Assembly: GCA_043228905.1 (NCBI GenBank) | Contig: JBHGNT010000094.1 | Location: 28,542-92,541 of the forward strand | DNA length: 64,000 bases | Direction: 5' to 3' | Origin: Azolla caroliniana | Taxonomy: Eukaryota > Plantae > Polypodiophyta | In this document: positions 1 to 11,704 of the stretch, one piece after another | Layout: each line of letters opens with the position of its first letter | Position numbering within the stretch: the stretch's first letter is position 1 | Translations under genes and position numbers: made by a program | Notes under the pieces: model-generated | Databases searched by the model: none | What the model saw: only the letters and a program-made list of their open reading frames with translations | What the model was told of the DNA's origin: nothing

Positions 1-600
1 AATACAGTACAATGTGTCCACGGAGAACACAACCCTCCTTAGAAGATAATTAGTACTACAACACATGTACTTTACATCCCCCAATAAACACTGATTTAGT
101 ATAGATACCACACATAGTACAATACAATGTGTTCATGGAGAAAACTCAGCATGGATTAATAGATAATTAGTACGAACTCTTCAATATAAGACGGTACTAT
201 GAGTACAAGATATGTACTTTACATCTTCCGATAATTACTGATTTAGTATAGATACAACACCAAGTACAATACAGTGTGTTCATGGAGAACACTCAACATT
301 GATTAATAGATAATTAGTACAAACTCTTCAATCTAGGACAGTACTATGAGTAAAAGACATGTACTTTACATCCTTCGATAATTACTGATTTAGTACAGAT
401 ACAACACACAATACAATACAATGTCCATGGAAAACTCTCAACATGGATTAAAAGATAATTAGTACAATTCTCTTAAGGACGGACAATATTATGAGTACAA
501 GACGAGTACTTTACATCCTTCTGTAAATACTGATTTAGTACAGATGCAACACACAACATAGTACTATGTGTCTATGGACAACATAGTACATAGTACATAT
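1..600. repeat. Tandem array, ~147-bp unit (about 4 copies), in an intron of the transposase gene
   Basis: GATTTAGTA(T/C)AGAT recurs at 93, 240, 387 and 532. The array lies past a minus-strand GT donor at 846-845. Confidence 0.85.
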
Positions 601-846
601 TCACGTCACAGGATAGTACTATTTGATCAATCAAGAATAGTTAACTTAGTTACAAACAAAATTAGTATGCATGCATCCATGTGAATAGTGTTGTGTTCGA
701 ATAGTTACAAACATAATTAGTATGCATCCATGTGAATAGTACTGTGTGTGAATAATTACAAACATAATTAGTATGCATGCACTAACACAAGAATTACTTC
801 CTTACACATTGCATGATAAGTACTAAACATATGGATTAAAAATTAC

Positions 847-2513
847 CTGGCGATAAAGTAGAACGATCGTGCCACCGTAAACTGCGAGGCAGCACCATCA
901 GACCAAACCCAATGACAGTTAAAGGTTAACCCTAGAGACAATAAATCTGCATGGTGAAGCTTAAAACAATGTTGAACAAATAGTGTATCATGCTTTTTAC
1001 CATCTGAAATGTAAAATATTGATTTCTTATGTAACTCACTGTCTTGCCTCCAATAGCAAATATGTGCAAGTATTGTACATTGATCATTGTACCAATGCAT
1101 TGATTGAACCTCATTTTGAACTTTAAATGTATAGTTTTCTGCAAAGTCAATAACGGATACGATGACACCCGTTGGTAAGTTATTAATACATTCCTTGAAC
1201 TGTGAATTTTGCCAATAACTCCGGAAGTTATGTGGAATGAACTCCCCAAGTTGTTTCTTAAATTATGAGACAAGGGTAGCAGCACATGTCTCCTATATAC
1301 TTCCTTGATATGCTTAGTTACAAGTCCCTTACCAATATTTTCAGTCACATACTCTAAATATTTCCATTTCATGATGTGACTGTTTCCCAAATCAAACTCC
1401 TGTCTACAAAATAATGGTAGTGGACAAACCTTACATGTTCTTAATAGACATGTACGACGATGCCACTCACATGATGGTTCTTTTTCACAAACACATGACC
1501 TCCATAGCTCAGAAACGGATGCATAAGTCATGTTTCGTGCATTACACCTATTATCCTCCCCATTTGGTCTACAAACCTCACAAGTGTAGACACATAATTC
1601 CCCTTGTATACCCTTAGAATCAGTACGCATTGCATTCACTCCTAGCCTTAACATGTCCATCTTCACGTGGTACACACAACAACATGTATTCCTCTCATTT
1701 ACTTTTCTAACATAAAATGGTTTCAAACCTTGCAACTTGCGGAATCCAACAGTCAAGCTTGGATGTTGGTCTTTAAGTTCATGTACAATTCAGCCTACAT
1801 CAACCAATATATATAGCAAACATTAATATACACTTGGTCAAAACACAAATTTATGGAATGTGAATTGATATAAAAAAATGGAATACTTCTGTCATCTCCA
1901 AGAAGTGTCTAGGGTGAATCTGGTACTTACCCTGACTTATTCGTTGTCTACACACATCCGTCTTATTTGGTGAGACACGCATTTTTTTGGCCCAAAATGA
2001 ATCCACTTTCTCAATAATCTCTTGAGATAAGGCATCGCATCGTCGTCTACGTCCCAACCCCAGCCACTTGAATTGGCTTGAGTGTATATTTCGACGATGT
2101 TTCCTCAAGTTCCTTCTTGGAATACCCAGGGCTAAGGCAACTTTAGTATCACTATATTTTTTTTCTCTCGCACCATTCACAACCATGTGTAGGGATGCCC
2201 TCTTTGCAGCAAGTTTGTTTATGCTCTCTACACCTTTCACTAAGTCTAGGGATGACTTCATAGACTCTACAATCTCTTCTAAAACACATTGGTCCCTAAA
2301 TTTTATTCTCTCCATGTCTTCATTCAAACGTTGATGGTGTAACACTCTACATATAATATCCCTACGATCCTCTTCACTAAATCTCTTCGTTATTTCTACC
2401 AAATAACGGACTATGTGAAGAACCACTCGTCTCTTGGTCCTTTCAGATATACATGAGTTACTTGACAACTCACTCTCATTGGGGACCCCCATTTGGTCAC
2501 TAGATTTATCCAA
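847..2513 (-). pseudogene. Spliced DDE DNA transposase, Sola(2)-like, decayed; continues beyond the left edge
   Basis: Exon 2513-1887, GT..AG intron 1886-1795, exon 1794-847. Motifs: CCCVYH, CxxxxCxxC, VIDFAENYTFKVQNEVQSMHWY (about 1160-1090) and WSDGAASQF. Contains frameshifts and a stop. Superfamily assigned from remembered motifs. Confidence 0.65.
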
Positions 2514-2632
2514 AAAAATTAAGTGTCCAGCGAGAGTAGTTAATGTTATATAGACTACACTAAGAAAACACAGTCAAATGTTTTTAAATGTGGCCTACAA
2601 AGTGAGAAATAATTCGTTTCGAACATTAGAAT

Positions 2633-3110
2633 TACGGATCAAATATGACAATTGTAAAATCTAAAAATTTAGTACTGAAAAATGAAGAAATGAAAAATTT
2701 TAGTCCTGAAAGTAAAAAAATGGATGGAAGGAACCTCCAATGGTGGCAGGAGCGTTGATTCTGTGTGATATGCCGTCTCGATTTGCTGGAAGGAACATCC
2801 AATGGTGGAAGCACGATTTACAAATTTGACAATTGTAAAATCTAAAAATTTAGTACTGAAAAATGAAGAAATGAAATATTTTAGTCCTAAAAATAAAAAA
2901 ATGGATGGAAGGAACCTCCAATGGTGGCGGGAGTGTTGATTTTGTGTGATATGCCGCCTCGATTTGCTGGAAGAAACCTCCAATGGTGGTGGGCGCCTTG
3001 AATCTTTGTGATATGCCGCCTTGATTTAGTGGAAGGAACCTCCAATGGTGGAGGGCCCCTTGAATCTTTGTGATATGCCGCCTGGATTCGGTGGAAGGAT
3101 CCTCGCATCG
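2633..3110. repeat. Upstream repeats of the DNA transposon: ~181-bp duplication plus ~62-bp units
   Basis: CAAATxTGACAATTGTAAAATC at 2640 and 2821. Core GATATGCCG...GGAAGGAACCTCCAATGGTGG occurs 4-5 times. Confidence 0.8.
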
Positions 3111-4192
3111 ATGGAAAAAGCCCCAAATCACCACGACATAAACTGCAATCGGTGGAAGTAAGAAAGTCGTTGTCGAAGAAGTCACTATTGGTTGTTATAA
3201 GAGGCCTAAAAACAGTCTATGTTCCTCAACCTAAACCTTAACAAAAACAGAAACCCTAAAAAAACCAGAAATCCTCAACTCAAAAGCTCCAACCTGACAT
3301 GGATGTTTGAGATTTGCTCCCTAAACCCTAACAAAACTCTTAGATTGGAGGAAAAGTAGAAACGTGACATGGATGTCTGAGATGAAGAGCTCAGAGGGAT
3401 AGAGGAAGAGGACTATGAGGGGAACTGCCAAAAACGACGTGAGGGGAAAATAGCCCCCAAAACTCAAAGAACATCTCCTCACGTTGTCGTAGTGTATTCC
3501 ACACACTACGTGAAAACCATAAAATAATATATCCGAATTTAGATACATATAAATAAATAAATAATATATCAAAAGAATTTATCACGTGCATAGGGCAGGA
3601 TTCAAACCATGCACCTCCACGTAGATAAACCCCAACTTTACCATTGTAATAACTTAACTTTACTATTATAAATATAGATTTAATACGTATAAGACCTTTA
3701 TTTACACATACCTTTATTAAAAGGTAAAAATCATGTATTCTTTAGAGTGTGAATATTTTATTTACACGTGACATTAAAAGTGACTCATGCACATCTAGCG
3801 TGCACGAGCCCTATATTTAGGAAATGACAAAACATCACATGCACATTTAGTGTGCATGGGCACTTTAGGTGAAAAAGCATGAAGCCATGCTTAGCCTCTT
3901 CCATCTTTATATAAGGAGGAGAAAAATATGTATATGGTTGTTGATTAATATACAAGGTTGGATCAATCGAATATATTCGTGGGATTCATGAATTTTGCCA
4001 TCTAAATGCTCTTATAATCTAAATATTGTTTTAATTACACTAAACTCGTGGGATTCACGATATTGCTATCTTACTTCTCTTTCCACTATTCATATCTAGC
4101 CTTAAGTTGTATTCCTCTTCCTCCTAGTCAAAAACCTCGGCGGTTCCCACCCGACTCACGCAACGATCCGGAGCCGAAGGGCACGACACAGT

Positions 4193-4210
4193 TGGTGAAC
4201 CCGACGTGAA
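4193..4210 (+). promoter_or_regulatory. Primer-binding site, tRNA-Trp
   Basis: TGGTGAACCCGACGTGAA is complementary to the plant tRNA-Trp 3' end (TTCACGTCGGGTTCACCA, as recalled). Confidence 0.85.
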
Positions 4211-6269
4211 GACGGGTGGCAAGGAGATGGAAAATCAACCGGAGGCTAGCAACATGATGATGATGTTCGAGCGCATGCTACAAGAACAATGCGCGATGTC
4301 GGAGATAGCGGCATCAGTGGAGCGGCTCGTGCAACGAAACGGGCAATTCAACGGGAAAGACGTGTCGCGGTATCTTCGGGACTACAAGGCGGAGATGCTA
4401 CGGTGCGGAATATCGGAAGGACTGCAAGTGACGTCCTTCAACCGGGTGGCGACCGACGGGCTTCAAGCAAGCATCCATGGGCTACGACAGCAAAATCCGA
4501 CATGGGAGGCGTTTGAAGTAGAGCTAAAGAGGACGTTCGCCATCGAGGATTCCTCCAAGGCGACGCGAAGGGGATTCGAAGATTGGGTGGAGACGCCGGA
4601 CAAGGGATTGAAGGTCGTTGATGTGTTTTCGGCATTCGAAAGCCGGTACGGGAGGTTTTCCGCGAGAGATCAAGCTATCCTCGTACCGGACAAGGTAATC
4701 ATGTTCTTGCGAGCCGTGGACGTCCGGGACCGGAAAGATCTCGGAGTGCTCTTGGAGGACACGACCACGGAGAGTGGCCTCACCGAAACATGGGAAAGCG
4801 TGCGGGATATCGTCGCGCGATACACGAAGAGGGGGCAATGGCTTGCCAACGAGGAAAAGAGGGTTTCGGAACCAATTCCGAAACCGAGAACCGGATTGGA
4901 AGACCATCAACCAAGGGCTCGGGAGACTACAACCGAGAAGGGAATTGATGCATCTACGGTGGAGCAACTATTGAAGGAGATGGAGAATCTGAAGATCGCG
5001 ATGGTGAAGAAGTCGGATGACCGCCCCACAAGCTCCAAGTATACGGACCGACGGTGCATATGGTGCGATAGTGCCGAACACGATCGGAGGGATTGCGACG
5101 AGCATAAGGAGGCGCTACGACGAGATCTCATCTACTACGAGGGAAACCGGATTCATTCGATGGACTCTCGGAAGCCACTCCGACCGAACTTCCGGAAAGG
5201 CGGCATGAAGAAGGTGCTCGAGGAGGAATTGGCGGCAAGAAGCAACTATGCGACAACCGCGGGAATATGTGTCGGGGAGTCATCGAGAGCAAAGACGTCT
5301 TTTTGGCCGGAAGTTCTAGAAAACACCGAGAAAACCGACTCCAACGAGATCCGAAGCACCGCGGAAGGCGTCCGGGAAGCTACGGGATGGGAGTGCCCTG
5401 TCGACAAGAATAGCGTATACGCCCTGTGTCAATTGCATAAGGTGTATGTGGACGAGAAACGACGACGCACGGAGGATGCGGCCGGGCCATCGAAGATACC
5501 GGAAAGTTGGAACTCCGGAGGTAAGGGAAAAGAAAAGGCGACTCCGGCATTCAAGCTCGCCTCGGACATAGAACAACAAACCGACTTGAAAAGAGTGTTC
5601 GAGGAAAGAATCTTGGATAGCCGGGTAGATTTCTCGCTTCGGGAGCTACTCGGAATAGCAAAGAAGGAGTTCCACGATCTTCTCGTGGATCTCGTGAAGC
5701 GAAAAAGACAAAGTACGGAGGAAAATGCTCCAAGGGTGAATGCGAACACCGTTTTAATGAACGACACCGAAGCGGAGGACGAAATTCCGAACTCCCACTA
5801 TACAAGGCCACATTGGGCACGCGCGACTACGGAGACTCCGGTCCGAATCGGCAACATCAAAGAACCCGTGCTAGCATTGATTGATCACGGATCGGAGATC
5901 AACTTGTTGTCCAAGGAGTTCTACCGGAAGGGGAAGTGGCCTATTAACACCAACCATGGATGGAAGATTCGGGCGGCCACCAAAGCAACGGAAGATCTAT
6001 TTGCGGCTTGTCCGGATGTGACGGTGAAGATCGGGGATGTCGAGATCGACCAAAATTTCTTCGTGCAAGATGAGGTTTCACATTCCGTCATCCTCGGCCA
6101 ACCCTTTATCACGGCATCACGGATGGAGACGAAGGTGCTCGATAGCGGTGCGGCTTTTGCGCGAATTCGGAGCCAAAACGGTGGGAAATCCGTCCAATTC
6201 CTAACAGTGCCGGCAAATCACGAAAGGAACAAGAGGGAACTCTTGTCCCAAGTGAGAATGGATTTTTAA
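4206..6269 (+). CDS. gag: Gag + aspartic protease (ORF1)
   Basis: Open 687-aa frame with zinc knuckle CIWCDSAEHDRRDC and protease-like ALIDHGSEINLL...VILGQPF. Confidence 0.9.
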   Translation: MKTGGKEMENQPEASNMMMMFERMLQEQCAMSEIAASVERLVQRNGQFNGKDVSRYLRDYKAEMLRCGISEGLQVTSFNRVATDGLQASIHGLRQQNPTWEAFEVELKRTFAIEDSSKATRRGFEDWVETPDKGLKVVDVFSAFESRYGRFSARDQAILVPDKVIMFLRAVDVRDRKDLGVLLEDTTTESGLTETWESVRDIVARYTKRGQWLANEEKRVSEPIPKPRTGLEDHQPRARETTTEKGIDASTVEQLLKEMENLKIAMVKKSDDRPTSSKYTDRRCIWCDSAEHDRRDCDEHKEALRRDLIYYEGNRIHSMDSRKPLRPNFRKGGMKKVLEEELAARSNYATTAGICVGESSRAKTSFWPEVLENTEKTDSNEIRSTAEGVREATGWECPVDKNSVYALCQLHKVYVDEKRRRTEDAAGPSKIPESWNSGGKGKEKATPAFKLASDIEQQTDLKRVFEERILDSRVDFSLRELLGIAKKEFHDLLVDLVKRKRQSTEENAPRVNANTVLMNDTEAEDEIPNSHYTRPHWARATTETPVRIGNIKEPVLALIDHGSEINLLSKEFYRKGKWPINTNHGWKIRAATKATEDLFAACPDVTVKIGDVEIDQNFFVQDEVSHSVILGQPFITASRMETKVLDSGAAFARIRSQNGGKSVQFLTVPANHERNKRELLSQVRMDF

Positions 6270-6323
6270 AGCAGACTGTTGCGGAGTGGGGAAGTGATAG
6301 TCCGAGAAGCCCTGATACCCCAC
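6260..6323 (+). promoter_or_regulatory. Candidate -1 ribosomal frameshift signal (slippery heptamer + H-type pseudoknot)
   Basis: G GAT TTT TAA at 6260-6269, 7-nt spacer, stem 1 6274-6282/6294-6302, loop GTGGGG 6286-6291 pairing with CCCCAC 6318-6323. The -1 frame runs open into pol. Confidence 0.8.
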
Positions 6324-9300
6324 ACAGGAAGAAAACTCTCGGAGCAAAACATGTACGAATCGGTCCAGATGGGGCATCTACGTACACGACCGTAACCGGA
6401 GGATTGAAGAAAGGATACCGACAAGTGGAGGATAAGTTGCGGTCGGCATCAATAATAAAAGAAGATGAAGAAATCGTGGGGATAGTCGAAGAAGTGTTCT
6501 ATGAGAGCACGCTACAACGACTTGAAGAGCTTGCGGAAGATAAAAGCCAAGGGAACCGGGTAGTCCCGGTGGAATCGGTCGAGATGTACGAGATCATTGC
6601 GAAAATGGAGCCGGATACGCTCCGCAAAGAAGAAGCAATGGTAAGTACGAAATACAAGACCGTGGAGAAGAAGGTGAAACCGGCCGCGGGACCACTACCC
6701 GCCGATAGCGAACAAAAGAGGAAAGAAGTCTCGGGAGATCCGACACTTCGGAAGACCGTGGATATCGGACATGCCTTCACGGATGAGACCCGGAAGAAAC
6801 TTCGGATCGGTGGAGGTGGGTTCCTATTACAAAAAGAAGAAGAACGGTTTCGCGAGATGTTGGAGCAACACGGCAAAGCGTTTGCATTTACATCAAGGGA
6901 GATAGGGTGCGTTGATCCGAGAATAGTGGAGCCGATGGTGATCTTCACGATTGACCATGTACCGTGGAACCTGAAGCCGATTCCGGTGCCACGAGCACAT
7001 ATTCCGAAAATCATTGACTTGCTCAAAGAGAAGGTGGCGATGGGGATTCTAGAGCCATAAACTGCTCCGTACTCAAATCGATGGTTTACGGTTCCGAAGA
7101 AGAATGGGTCACTCCGATTTATCCAAGACTTGCAACCGGTGAATAAGGTCACGATCCGGAACTCAGGAGTCGGTCCGGTAGTGGACGAATTTGCGGAAGC
7201 TTTTGCCGGTCGTGCGATATACTCCATCGGAGACCTATACTCGGGGTATGACCAATTCCAACTAGCCGTGGAGAGCCGAGACATCACAACCATGCGAACA
7301 CCGATAGGATTAGTCCGAATGTGCACACTACCACAAGGAGCGACAAACTCGGTTGCTCATATGATGAACGCGATGAACAAGGTGCTTCAAGACTGCATTC
7401 CGGAGATAACGATGCCGTTCCTCGATGACATTCCGATGAAAGGATGCGCGGTAGAAGAAAAAGATGAGACTATGGATGATCGGGGATGCCGAAAGTTCGT
7501 GGTCGACCATATTCATGCTTGTGAGAAAGTGTTGCGAAAGCTAGAAGATGTGCACCTAACACTTTCCGGGGAGAAATCGGCATTCGGGCAAGAAGAAATA
7601 TTGGTGGTCGGACATCTATGTGGGCCCTACGGCCGAAGACCGTCACCAACAAAGATCGATGCGATTCAAGCTATGGAGGAAGTATGCGAGTCAACATCCG
7701 AAGTCCGAAGGTTTCTCGGTGCATGTGCATTCTATCACATATGGATTCCGCACTATGCACATATAGCGGACCCGCTCTACCGCTTGTTGCGGAAAGGTAA
7801 GAAATTCGAATGGAAACCGGAACACACCAAAGCCATGAAGAAATTGAAGAAGACACTTCGGAGGGCGGAAGCACTTAAGAAGCCGAGCTACGACCGACCG
7901 ATCATAGTAACGGTTGATACAAGTCCAACCGGTATCGGGTGGGTCATCAATCAAGCCGACTCGGATGGTTCGCGGTATCCGATCCGATTCGGAGCAAAGG
8001 TTCTCAACGAAAGGCAACGTGGATATGCACAAGTCAAAAGAGAACTGTGGGGAGTCGTGTCGGCGATAAAATCGGATCGGGATTATTTGATCGGAGCCGA
8101 AGTGGTGATCGAGACGGATTGTCTTCCGATACTCGGGATGATGCGGTGTTGTACGATACCAGATGTAGCTATGCTAAGGTGGGTTGCATATGTCAAGTCG
8201 CTTAATCCGGAGGTTCGACACATCTCGGGGAAGGAAAACGCGGTAGCGGATATGTTATCAAGGGCTCGGTTCGGAGACGACATAACCGAATCGGATAATG
8301 AAGAAGTTTCCGAAGACTACTTCGCGTCGGAGCACATATGCCGAGTGAACGTAGTTCGAGAATTTCGGGAAGAAGAATATGAGGGAGAAAGTTTGATGAT
8401 CGGAAAGATGTTACAAGAGGCCGAGGACTCGACAAACGATAAAGGAAGAAGGGCCGAGATCCGAAGGAAGAAGAGGCAAGTCCAAAAGTTCTTCTTGGAA
8501 AACGGATTAATATGGAGGGCGCCGAAAAGACCGGATGGTATACCACTTCGAGTAGTCGGGACAAAAGAGCAACGAAACCGGATAATGTCCGAGTTTCACG
8601 AATCCGATTGGGCTGGACACCGAGGAACATGGGCAACATTTGTGAAGATCAAGCAAAAATATTGGTGGAAGAAAATGTACAAAGATATCGCGGAGTTTAC
8701 GGAAAGCTGCGAGAAATGTCAAGTCTACTCCGGGGTTCGACATCGAGATGAGTTACATCCGACATTCTCACCGACAATCAACTTCAAGTGGATGGTTGAC
8801 ATAGTGGCCATGCCGACCGGGATCGGACAAAAGAAATACTTGGTATTAGCTCGGGAAGATCTCACGAATCAAGTAGAAGGTCGAGCGCTTCGGAGGAAAA
8901 CATGTTCCGTTGTATGTCAATTTCTTTTGGAGGAAGTATTTTGCAGGTACGGGTGCGTAGGACAAGTGATTGCAGACCGGGGAGAACTCGACTCGGACAA
9001 AGCTAGGGGATTCTTCGCCAAACACGGAGTTCGGTTATCGCTGACAACGGCATACAATCCGGAGGCCAACGGGAAAATCGAACGAGGACATAGTCCGATC
9101 GTAAAAGCACTTGCAAAGGCATGCGATGGAAAGGTGAAGGACTGGCCGTAGATGCTTCCATATGCACTATGGGCGGATCGGACGACGCATAGCTCCATAA
9201 CCGGTTACATGCCGGCAGAACTCATGACCGGACAAGCACCGGTAATGCCGACGGAAACCGCGATCGCAACATGGACAGTGCTACCGTGGAAGGAAGAGAT

Positions 9301-9901
9301 GAGCCGGGAAGAACTACTAGCGGTCCGGATACGACAACTAGAGGGAAGACCGGCAGACATAGCGGAAGCAATACGCCGACAACAAGAAGCACGATTAAGG
9401 AACAAAAGCCGGTTCGACACAAAGCACCGACTACGACCGAGCAGGATTGAAGAAGGAGACTGGGTGATCGTCTATGACAGTAGTTTGGACCATCAACATA
9501 CAACGATGCGGAAATTCGCGAAAAGGTGGTTCGGGCCATATGAGGTTCGGAAAGTCTTCGACAACGGAACGTACCGACTGTCCGAGTTGGATGGAACAAT
9601 ACTACGAGTGCCTATAGCCGAGAAGCGGGTGAAGATTTTCAAGAAGCGGACCGACGACAAACCCTATGTGATCCAAGCCAAGGCCGACTACGAGGAGCAA
9701 TCAGACGAAGACCACGGGGATGCGGGAAGCGAAGAACGTGAATTACAACTCATAGTCGACATAAGGGGAGAATCGGAGGAAGCTTTGGGTGAAGACGGAT
9801 ATGGGGAATCGAGAACTTTGGCACATACCGGAGGATGTGCGGGTTCGGAGGGGGCGAGTGTCGTAGTGTATTCCACACACTACGTGAAAACCATAAAATA
9901 A
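6260..9901 (+). pseudogene. pol: Pol (RT-RNase H-integrase) in the -1 frame, two in-frame stops
   Basis: ORFs at 6404, 7130 and 9152 share one frame, with stops at 7058 and 9149. Motifs LPQG, PFLDD, DTSPTGIG, H..H..CEKC, ADRGE, NGKIERGH, GPY. The frame reads 43 nt into the 3' LTR. Confidence 0.92.
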
Positions 9902-10680
9902 TATATCCGAATTTAGATACATATAAATAAATAAATAATATATCAAAAGAATTTATCACGTGCATAGGGCAAGATTCAAACCATGCACCTCCACGTAGAT
10001 AAACCCCAACTTTACCATTGTAATAACTTATCTTTAGTGTTATAAATATAGATTTAATACGTATAAGACCTTTATTTACACATACCTTTATTAAAAGGTA
10101 AAAATCATGTATTCTTTAGAGTGTGAATATTTTATTTACACGTGACATTAAAAGTGACTCATGCACATCTAGCGTGCACGAGCCCTATATTTAGGAAATG
10201 ACAAAACATCACATGCACATTTAGTGTGCATGGGCACTTTAGGTGAAAAAGCATGAAGCCATGCTTAGCCTCCTCCATCTTTATATAAGGAGGAGAAAAA
10301 TATGTATATGGTTGTTGATTAATATACAAGGTTGGATCAATCGAATATATTCGTGGGATTCACGAATTTTGCCATCTAAATGCTCTTATAATCTAAATAT
10401 TGTTTTAATTACACTAAACTCGTGGGATTCACGATATTGCTATCTTACTTCTCTTTCCACTATTCATATCTAGCCTTAAGTTGTATTCCTCTTCCTCCTA
10501 GTCAAAAACCTCGGCGGTTCCCACCCGACTCACGCAACGATCCGGAGCCGAAGGGCACGACAACGTGTTCCCCCCACTCCTTGTAGTAAATGACACTTGT
10601 ACTACAGTCACCCCACTCTCCAAAATCGATTTTTTTTTTCTCTGATTTTTTTTCAAGGTCTCGGTGTGGGTGGAAGCACG

Positions 10681-11698
10681 TACCACAAGTCGCAGGCCGA
10701 TCACTCCGTGTTTGTGAAGAAATTTGATGTAGGAGACTTCCTGATATTGCTCCTATACGTGGACAACATGTTGATCGTCGGACGAGACCAAGTCAAGATA
10801 CGGATGCTGAAGAAGGCCCTTAACCGGACTTTCTCAATGAAAGACTTGGGTCCAGCAAGACAGATACTGAGGATGCACATCATCTGGGACTGGTCGAAGA
10901 AGCAATTGTGACTGTCAAAGGAAAAGTACATGACAAAGGTGCTTTAGCGGTTTAACATGTTAGAAGCAAAACCGGTCGGATCTAGACTCCCGGCAAACTG
11001 CAAATTATCCAGTAGGCAAAGCCCAAAGACAAAGGCAGAGAAGGCGGATATGATGAAGATTCCATATGCCTTTGCGGTCGGGATCTTGATGTACGCAATG
11101 GTGTGTACTCGACTGTATATTGGATACGTAGTCGGAGTGGTAAGTCAGTTCATGACCAGCCCCGGAAAAGAACAATGGAACGCAATAAAATGGATACTCT
11201 GGTACTTGAAAGGCACCTCGAGTATGTGCCTCTGATTCGGCTCCGGTAAACCCCAACTCAACAGTTTCACTGATTTAGATATGTCGGCTGATGCGGATAC
11301 CAGCCGATCCACATCCGGATATGTCATGACATACGCGGGGGGAGCTGTTTCGTGGCAGTCGAGGCTGTAGAAGACAGTTGCGCTGTCAACCATGAAAGCT
11401 GAGTACATGGCAGCTGTGGAAGCCGGCAAGGAAATACTATGGATGAAGGACTTCATCAGAGAGCTAGGGATCTGGCAAAAGGAATACCGGCTCTATTGCG
11501 ACATTCAAAGTGCCATCCACCTTGCGAAGAACGTGGCGTATCATTCCAAGACAAAGCACATCCAGCGTAGGTACCACTAGATCCGGGAGTGAGTTGAAGA
11601 TCAAGCGTATGTGCTGACGAAGATCTCCGAAAAGCTGGACGCATGTCGGAAGAGGATCAGATTGACCAGGCATCCCATGCCAGAGTGAAGGGGCAGTT
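10681..11698 (+). pseudogene. Copia A, 3' half: RT C-terminus, RNase H and PPT
   Basis: LLLYVDNML, IPYAFAVGILMYAMVCT, AEYMA, HSKTKHI. PPT GAGTGAAGGGGCAG precedes TGTTAG at 11699. Confidence 0.9.
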
Positions 11699-11704
11699 TG
11701 TTAG

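Larger units (their letters stand above)
3485..10562 (+). mobile_element. Full-length Ty3/gypsy LTR retrotransposon, tRNA-Trp primed (Phygy-like non-chromovirus)
   Basis: 704-bp TG..CA LTRs at 3485-4188 and 9859-10562, differing at about 6 sites. 4-bp TSD ACGT (3481-3484 / 10563-10566). PBS at 4193-4210, PPT at 9847-9858. Domain order gag-PR-RT-RH-IN. Confidence 0.95.

Noticed and set aside
6499-7326. 275-aa antisense ORF (and similar ones opposite element E gag-pol)
   Set aside because: Shadow ORFs of GC-rich retrotransposon coding sequence with no independent motifs.
10654-10662. CAAGGTCTC as a Sola-type CTC terminus
   Set aside because: No matching inverted end or TSD in the window, and element-like sequence continues to 10680.
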